64,000 nt of DNA from Rubripirellula sp. Lineage in GTDB: Bacteria; Planctomycetota; Planctomycetia; Pirellulales; Pirellulaceae. Below, piece by piece: positions 57,956 through 64,000 of this stretch (position 1 is the stretch's first letter; each line of letters starts with the position of its first letter). Both the position numbers and the translations under genes were made by a program. The notes beneath the pieces are model-generated. The model ran no database searches. It was not told the origin of the DNA and was given only the letters and a program-made list of their open reading frames with translations. The stretch spans positions 3,680,001 to 3,744,000 of the forward strand of contig OZ244207.1 of NCBI GenBank assembly GCA_965216875.1, given 5' to 3'.

Positions 57956-60900
57956 TCAAAACGAAAAAGGATCGTTCTGTTCGGCAAGTAGCTGATCTAC
58001 ATGCTTCGGCTCGATGCGAGCTGGACGCGGCTCAACGGAAACATCTCTTGGCTCCGCTGACGTTGGCTGGGCGGCGAATGCTTGTGCTCGATCAGCGGCA
58101 GCAAAAGTCGTTGTCTGAACAACCGAATCGACTGACTGCGTCTCGGCATCGCCACGCACACTCGGACCCTCAACCGGGCTCCACTCGATTTGCTCTGCTT
58201 CCGGTGGCGGCAACTCCGTGCGAGCGAGTTCATTGATACAACGCAACGCGTCGAGCGCCGTGATCAAATCGTCGCCCGTCACATCGAAAAAGTCGCCAGA
58301 AAATCCACCGCCACTGCGAACTCCGTCGAGTTGCATCGGATCGATCACGCGTCCGCTCGGTTCCGAGAATTGGCGGCGGGCCAATTCATTGATCACGACC
58401 AAAGCATCGTTGGCCGTGACGCCACCGGAACCATTGACATCCGTCGAAAGAATCAGATTCTGGTACGGAAAGGCCAAATCAACCATCACTGTCGTCTCGT
58501 TGAAGCCGATCACTCGATAGTATTCTTGATCGATTTCCGACGGCAGCATTTTCCAGTTCGACGAAAACTCAACGATCGTCGCCATCCCTTCAACGATGCC
58601 GGTTTCGAGAGTGAGCATTTCCAGTGGAATGTCTGAAGAGCGAATCCGAAGTGTCGAATTGCGTGCATCGACAAGGTTGACCTGGATCGAACTCAATCGA
58701 TCCAACCCAGCATCAAAGAACAGGTCACCTTGCGAGTGCACCCTGATCGAGTTGCCAATGGAAACGGTCGCCTCCTTTGACAGTGGTCCAACGACCACGT
58801 TCGCATCGTCTTCGGCAACCAACTCGACCCAATGATCTTCGACCTCACCATCGTCGGCAGTTCCCGTAGGATCGAGGTCGCCCTCACTTGAAAGCCGAAA
58901 CCGAGTCGCCGTTCCACCAACGGACGCTCCGCTGGGGACCGCGAAGCCTACGATGTTTTCTCCTGCGGTCACCTCGAACGAAACAACTATCTGTTCTCGT
59001 TCGTCGTCCCAGTCGCCGTCGCGATTGAAATCGACCCACGCGTCAAGTTTGCCCGCCTCTGAGGCGGTGACGAGAAAACTCGATGTCGCTTCCATGTCGT
59101 CGGAAATGACAACTGTCGCAATCGACACAACGCCGTCTTCGTCATCTTGCTGGTCATCGCCGCTGACCCCACCCACCCCAGCAAAGTCACCGGGCTGGCC
59201 ATCAATGTCCGAATCGACCATCGTTCCCAGATGCAGATCGCTTACCAGGTGGCTGGCGCCGTCATCGGCGATGGTCACCGGGTAGTCCTTCGCAAAACCG
59301 GATTGATCAGCGCTCGGTGCGTCACCGAAATCAAACGCTGCCAGCACGGTCACAACCACAGGCTTTGTGCCGGTTTGGTTGCCCGCTGAATCCTCGGCGA
59401 AAACCTCGATCACCTGTTCGCCGACGCCAAGAATCTCAGGCCCCGTGATGTAAACAACCGGCGATGGGTCCGCGATGTCAATAGCAGTGATGTCGTCTTG
59501 CAATGCCCGCAACAGATCCTTTGTCGGAATTCCGCTTGGCGCGGTCGCCTTGATTTCGAAGCTCGCGGGGACGGTAAGCCTAGGCGGAATCGTATCGACG
59601 ACCTCTATCGATGATTCGTTACCCCCGACGTTTTCCGCGCCGTCATGCGCCGTAAACACCACCGTCGTTGTACTCAGCGGGAAGAACTCCGGAGCATTGT
59701 GTTCAACGGGAAGATCACCAAACACGATGTCGTACGCGCGAGCATCGCTCAGCCACTTTTTGATGCGAGGATGGTCTGCCGGGGCCCCACCAAACTCACT
59801 TGCTTCCACAACGATCGGCTCTCGCACAAAGACTTCCGGAGGCGTTGTGTCGATGACCGTGATCGTGGACGTGCCTGAACTCGAGTTATCCGACTTGTCG
59901 GTCGCCGTGAACGTGACGGTCGATTCTCCGAGAGGTATCGTTTCTGGCAAATCAGTTTCGACCGGCACATTACCATCATGAATGTCCGTTGCCTTCGCTT
60001 GGGCAACCCATATTCGCACAGCCGTGTTAGTCCGTTGCACTCCACCAAGCGTATCGCCTTCGACGGTAAGCCCTTCACCGGGCACTTCCAGGTCAGGAGG
60101 AGTCGTGTCCCTTACATGAGCGAACGGACTTTCCTCACCGGCGTTGCCATTACGATCGAATGCTCGAAAGATCACCTCGTGCGTACCGAGCGGCAGAGTG
60201 GCTTCCAAGTTGTGTGTGACCAGTACGTCCCCGTCGACAATATCGTAGGCGGTTGCACGTGCGAGCCAATTCGCCAGTTCTCCTGACTCGTGGTTGGCGC
60301 CCCCAATCGTGTCGGCTTCAAAAGACCCTGAATCGGGCGCGGTGATGACGGGAGGCGTTGTATCGACCACCGTAACGACAGACGATTGGGTCGTTGTATT
60401 GCCCGCTTCATCGCGGGCCGTGAAAATGGCCTCCGCGCTTTGGTTGACGGCAATGAATTCAGGAACCTCAACGATGATCTCGACATCATCATCGAGATTG
60501 TCTGTTGCCATTGCAAATTCAACGAGCATTGACGCAACGATGTCAGCGCCGCCCTCCACGTTGCCTTCGATCAAAACCGGATCTTGGATTTCCAACTCTG
60601 GTGGCGTCGTATCGACAATGACCGAGTAGACGTTTGACGCAAGGTTTCGGTTGCCTGCCAAATCGGAGGCTTGGTCTTGTGGTAGGCCGACGGTCACCAC
60701 GCCATCGTTTTCTGCGGTGATGACTGCGGTCAAGTTTCCATCGTCGTTGACCGTCAGATCGGTCATCGTCCCGCCGGCAACGTCAAACTCGCACATTCGC
60801 ACGTCAAACACAGTCTCACCAAAGTCAACGGTGATCTCGAACGGATTGTCGGCGGTGGCACCCTCGGGACCTGTAATCAAAGGGGTCGGGCGGTCGCTAT

Positions 60901-62263
60901 CGAGCGGTACGATTGGCTCGAAAAGAATCCTAGGAAGATCGGGGACATCGTTTTGGTGAAGTAGTCGCTCTTCAATAGCAATGCGATTGTTCGTACCCCA
61001 CGCATTGTTTCGAAGGTCAATCACTTCATCTTCGGAACCGATTGCGTAGATAACGCCGACATCACCAAAGTCGTTACCTTCGATGACGGCGTCGCTTCTT
61101 CCGTTGATTTCGAGCCATTCAGCAACGCGACTGTTACGTAATCGAACCGTGCTGTTTGGCCCAAACGTCAGACGATCTCGAAAGTCAACGGCGTTCGCAA
61201 TCAATGTGCCTTCCACCTCGATGCCGTGATTCGGCAGTACCACTGAAACGCGGACGCCAGGATCGATCGTGAGTGTCACGTCTTCGGCAACCACCAGCCC
61301 CGTTCCGAGCTGATAATGGGGAGCCCCCGGGATGTGTGGCCAAGTGACATCCTTGGTCAACGACCCTGCGATGCCGATCACGGCATTGCATGCCGTAAAC
61401 GTGTTTTGCATCGCTCCAAATTCCGGCACGAAATCGGGCGGCAACTCGACCGGCAGATTGTTGTGAAAGAAGTTGCCTTCGATCACGGGTGCAGCACCGT
61501 CGTAGATTTCGATTTCATAGCTCGTAAAGGTGTTGCCGCGCAGCGTCCCCTGCGAACCGTCAAAAAACTGAATGCGAAAGGGAAAGGTTGCGCCGGTGGC
61601 ATCCAGCGTACCGTAGACGCCAATCGAGTGAACCGCGTTCGTTAGGTTCACGGTAACGCCAGGTTCGATCGTTAGCTTTGCGTCGGACTCGATAACGATT
61701 CCATCCGTCACGAAACCTGCTGTCTCACCAATGAGTGGCCACGTCGTGTCGTTGGAAACGAATCCAGAATAGACAGGAATGTGGGAACCGGGTGCATAGG
61801 CATTGGTCATCCCGGCAAGTAGCGGCACAAACTCTGGCATCACCTTGACCGAACCCGAGGTGAAGTCGTTGTGGTTCAGATCGATCGTCACGTTTTCCGC
61901 GATCGATAGTGACGGACCGAACGCCGTAAATCGGCTATTGGTGATGGTCCCCGTGCTGCCTTCTTGAAACCAAACGCGAGCTGCGAAGTAGGCGTCATCG
62001 GCGATCAGTTCCCCGTAAACCTCAAGCTCATGAAGCTGATTCACGGTATTGAACGTGACTCCAGGTTCAACCGTTAGCTTGGCTCCTTCGCAGACGCGCA
62101 CGTCGCCTTCGATGAGGTAGGGCGATTCCGCGGCAGTCCAGGTCGTGTCGTCACAGACGTCCCTGGTGACAAGCGTTGCCAAGAGCAATCGCCGTTCAAG
62201 CGATTCCATCCGCAAAGGGTGTCGGCGCCGATGCGAAGGCTTGTTTTTTCGGGTTCGGAACAT
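57956..62263 (-). CDS. Large surface protein: planctomycete signal, beta-helix repeats, Ig-like/HYR repeats, GEVED and dockerin type I
   Basis: MESLERRLLLA; W...ESPY..LTVEPGV repeats; five DT(T/I)PP repeats; DFGDAP..DGEVEDH; DVNGSGGVTANDALVVINEL. Confidence 0.88.
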   Translation of the reverse strand: MFRTRKNKPSHRRRHPLRMESLERRLLLATLVTRDVCDDTTWTAAESPYLIEGDVRVCEGAKLTVEPGVTFNTVNQLHELEVYGELIADDAYFAARVWFQEGSTGTITNSRFTAFGPSLSIAENVTIDLNHNDFTSGSVKVMPEFVPLLAGMTNAYAPGSHIPVYSGFVSNDTTWPLIGETAGFVTDGIVIESDAKLTIEPGVTVNLTNAVHSIGVYGTLDATGATFPFRIQFFDGSQGTLRGNTFTSYEIEIYDGAAPVIEGNFFHNNLPVELPPDFVPEFGAMQNTFTACNAVIGIAGSLTKDVTWPHIPGAPHYQLGTGLVVAEDVTLTIDPGVRVSVVLPNHGIEVEGTLIANAVDFRDRLTFGPNSTVRLRNSRVAEWLEINGRSDAVIEGNDFGDVGVIYAIGSEDEVIDLRNNAWGTNNRIAIEERLLHQNDVPDLPRILFEPIVPLDSDRPTPLITGPEGATADNPFEITVDFGETVFDVRMCEFDVAGGTMTDLTVNDDGNLTAVITAENDGVVTVGLPQDQASDLAGNRNLASNVYSVIVDTTPPELEIQDPVLIEGNVEGGADIVASMLVEFAMATDNLDDDVEIIVEVPEFIAVNQSAEAIFTARDEAGNTTTQSSVVTVVDTTPPVITAPDSGSFEADTIGGANHESGELANWLARATAYDIVDGDVLVTHNLEATLPLGTHEVIFRAFDRNGNAGEESPFAHVRDTTPPDLEVPGEGLTVEGDTLGGVQRTNTAVRIWVAQAKATDIHDGNVPVETDLPETIPLGESTVTFTATDKSDNSSSGTSTITVIDTTPPEVFVREPIVVEASEFGGAPADHPRIKKWLSDARAYDIVFGDLPVEHNAPEFFPLSTTTVVFTAHDGAENVGGNESSIEVVDTIPPRLTVPASFEIKATAPSGIPTKDLLRALQDDITAIDIADPSPVVYITGPEILGVGEQVIEVFAEDSAGNQTGTKPVVVTVLAAFDFGDAPSADQSGFAKDYPVTIADDGASHLVSDLHLGTMVDSDIDGQPGDFAGVGGVSGDDQQDDEDGVVSIATVVISDDMEATSSFLVTASEAGKLDAWVDFNRDGDWDDEREQIVVSFEVTAGENIVGFAVPSGASVGGTATRFRLSSEGDLDPTGTADDGEVEDHWVELVAEDDANVVVGPLSKEATVSIGNSIRVHSQGDLFFDAGLDRLSSIQVNLVDARNSTLRIRSSDIPLEMLTLETGIVEGMATIVEFSSNWKMLPSEIDQEYYRVIGFNETTVMVDLAFPYQNLILSTDVNGSGGVTANDALVVINELARRQFSEPSGRVIDPMQLDGVRSGGGFSGDFFDVTGDDLITALDALRCINELARTELPPPEAEQIEWSPVEGPSVRGDAETQSVDSVVQTTTFAAADRAQAFAAQPTSAEPRDVSVEPRPARIEPKHVDQLLAEQNDPFSF

Positions 62264-62384
62264 GTTGGTGCTGCGAGCGGGCTCGGATAATCGGTGGTTG
62301 TCATTGGTTCATTCGCAATGAGCACGCGATCGAGACACGGCCGCCGAGAAAAACCAAAGAATTCGTCGACAGGGCGTTCCTCTC

Positions 62385-62714
62385 GTGAGCCGCACGCGCT
62401 AGCGTCGGGCCTTGAACTCTTTTTGATCGCGAAGGGCCCGACGCTAGCGCGTTCGGTGCACGGGGTTCGTAGTACCGAGCTTTAGCCGGAATCTTCAAGC
62501 TTCCCGCCTGAAGGCGGGACTACGAACGGCGCTGGCGATGTAGGGCCCGACGCGAGCGCGTTCGGCTCAAGGGGTTCGTAGTACCGAGCTTTAGCCGGAA
62601 TCTTCAAGCTTCCCGCCTGAAGGCGGGACTACGAACGGCGCTGGCGATGTAGGGCCCGACGCTAGCGCGTTCGGCTCACAGACGAGCGGCAAGCCCGTCG
62701 CCGCTCGGTACTAC
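62385..62714. repeat. BIME-like REP array with a 109-bp tandem duplication
   Basis: Family A inverted pair (62385-62461), then two near-identical units 62462-62570 and 62571-62679, each a family B doublet plus one family A REP. Confidence 0.9.
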
Positions 62715-62849
62715 GATGCGTGGTTCAGCTACAATCGCCTGTGAGGCAACGCGGGTTTGTAAAAGGACAAGAAGCCAAACGACTGTACAAACGCACGGTT
62801 CACGAGCGACTCGGGATACAGCAAGGCATTCGTTACTGGGGTAGGTGAG

Positions 62850-63479
62850 ATGCAGGGATCACAAGAGTCGGGCCGCGAAATCAGTGATGACGAACTACTG
62901 GCACGTTGCCGCGAAGGTGACGCCGATGCCCAGCAATTGCTCTACGACCGTTTTTCATCACGACTGATCGCCATTGCGCAGCGCCGAATCGGTGCAAGGC
63001 TGGGTCGACGCCTCGATAGCGAAGATGTCATCCAATCCGTATTTCGCACGTTCTTTCGCAAGGCTTCCCTGGGCAAGTACCCGCCCGAAGAATCGGAAAA
63101 ACTCTGGGGTCAACTTGTTCGCGTCACCCTCAGCAAGACGATTGATGCGACCCGCGAGCACACAGCGGAAAAACGTGACATCCATCTCGAAGTACCGGGC
63201 GATTGGTCTCAGCCGCTCGTTGATACCTTTGGGCGCGGCCCAAGCCCCGATCAGGCGGCCGTACTGACGGAATTGCTCGACCAACTCCTCTGCTTTTTGG
63301 GTGATGCCAAATACATGTCCATCATCGAGTTGACCCTTCAAGGCCACGACAAAGTCGAGATCGCCGAACAGGTCGGGTTATCCAAACGGAGCGTCGACCG
63401 GACCCTGAGCCGAGCCAAAGCATTCCTCGAAATGAGCCTTGGCAGTGACGATGACTCGGTTGCAAATGTCGTTTCTTGA
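62850..63479 (+). CDS. ECF sigma factor (planctomycete kinase-associated type)
   Basis: LDSEDVIQSVFRTFFR, REHTAEKRD, PSPDQAA, L.LQG...EIAEQVG.S.RSVDR. Confidence 0.9.
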   Translation: MQGSQESGREISDDELLARCREGDADAQQLLYDRFSSRLIAIAQRRIGARLGRRLDSEDVIQSVFRTFFRKASLGKYPPEESEKLWGQLVRVTLSKTIDATREHTAEKRDIHLEVPGDWSQPLVDTFGRGPSPDQAAVLTELLDQLLCFLGDAKYMSIIELTLQGHDKVEIAEQVGLSKRSVDRTLSRAKAFLEMSLGSDDDSVANVVS

Positions 63480-63571
63480 GCGATTACGGTGAATTCCTTG
63501 TCTCATTTGTCTTGCCGCTGCGAATGGAGTTGTGAGTCGCAAGGGATCCCAAGCACTTCAACCATCCACCG

Positions 63572-64000
63572 ATGACGCAAAACGTAATCCTCGACCGGCT
63601 CGATGACCCGACGATTGGGCTTACGCCTCAACAGGTCGCTGTTTTTGAAGAGGTTGTGCTCGCTTTCGAAACGGAATGGACACCCGATCGCCTGGGCACA
63701 CTTTCCCATTCAATCGCATCACATGAGTCGACACTTTCGGCAGCGTTAATGATGGAACTCGTTTTCATTGATATGGAACGACAATGGGCGATCGGCAATC
63801 GCCGCACCGCAAGCGATTACCTATCACAGTTTCCCATTGGCAAAGACCTTCCTGAAATTCGGGTCGCTTTCGTCGCGGCCGAATGCAAAAGTCGAGCCGC
63901 GGCGGCCGAGACGATCCACTGGGACGCCCTTGCTCAAGAGCATCCCCAGATCACAGCCGAAATCCGCGAACACTTTGTTGCGGAAGTGGCCAAACTCAGA
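63572..64000 (+). CDS. Probable Ser/Thr protein kinase, N-terminal part (truncated by the window edge)
   Basis: Own translation from ATG 63572: ..AFETEW..MELVFIDMERQW..DYLSQFP.., open to the end; typical N-terminus of planctomycete ECF-linked kinases, but the kinase domain is not visible. Confidence 0.6.
   Translation, partial: MTQNVILDRLDDPTIGLTPQQVAVFEEVVLAFETEWTPDRLGTLSHSIASHESTLSAALMMELVFIDMERQWAIGNRRTASDYLSQFPIGKDLPEIRVAFVAAECKSRAAAAETIHWDALAQEHPQITAEIREHFVAEVAKLR

Noticed and set aside
62385..62714. CRISPR array
   Set aside because: Intervening sequences are duplicated rather than unique, the units are palindromic REPs found singly elsewhere, and there are no cas genes in the window

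Overview
This is chromosomal DNA from a planctomycete, most likely Pirellulaceae (Stieleria/Rhodopirellula-like). The evidence is a planctomycete-type 'ESLERRLLLA' N-terminus on a GEVED/dockerin surface protein, a TIGR02996-type domain, BlaI/M56 modules, an ECF-kinase pair and GTAG/GTGAG REP repeats. About 47 CDS are supported; no rRNA, tRNA, CRISPR array or transposase was seen. The left arm is mostly housekeeping (phosphoesterase, MoxR/DUF58, ubiX/ubiE, HAD, dinB) and the rest is envelope, signalling or accessory. Most notable: (1) two back-to-back BlaI/M56 systems, each with its own pair of operators, one canonical and one non-canonical; (2) an M56 protease fused to secretin-core-like and OstA-like domains, upstream of a secretin that has only N-domains and an EF-hand/P-domain protein; (3) a 1606-aa serine hydrolase/cytochrome c/PQQ-dehydrogenase fusion in an AraC-DUF1080-GH29 locus; (4) a MacB/Zrg-like ABC system paired with a ZnuA-type binding protein; (5) a 1980-aa exported TPR protein; (6) a phage-like gene pair carrying a TIGR02996 domain; (7) a candidate structured RNA at about 32.3 kb; (8) mosaics of several REP families. 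All family calls come from motif recognition by eye, not from database searches.
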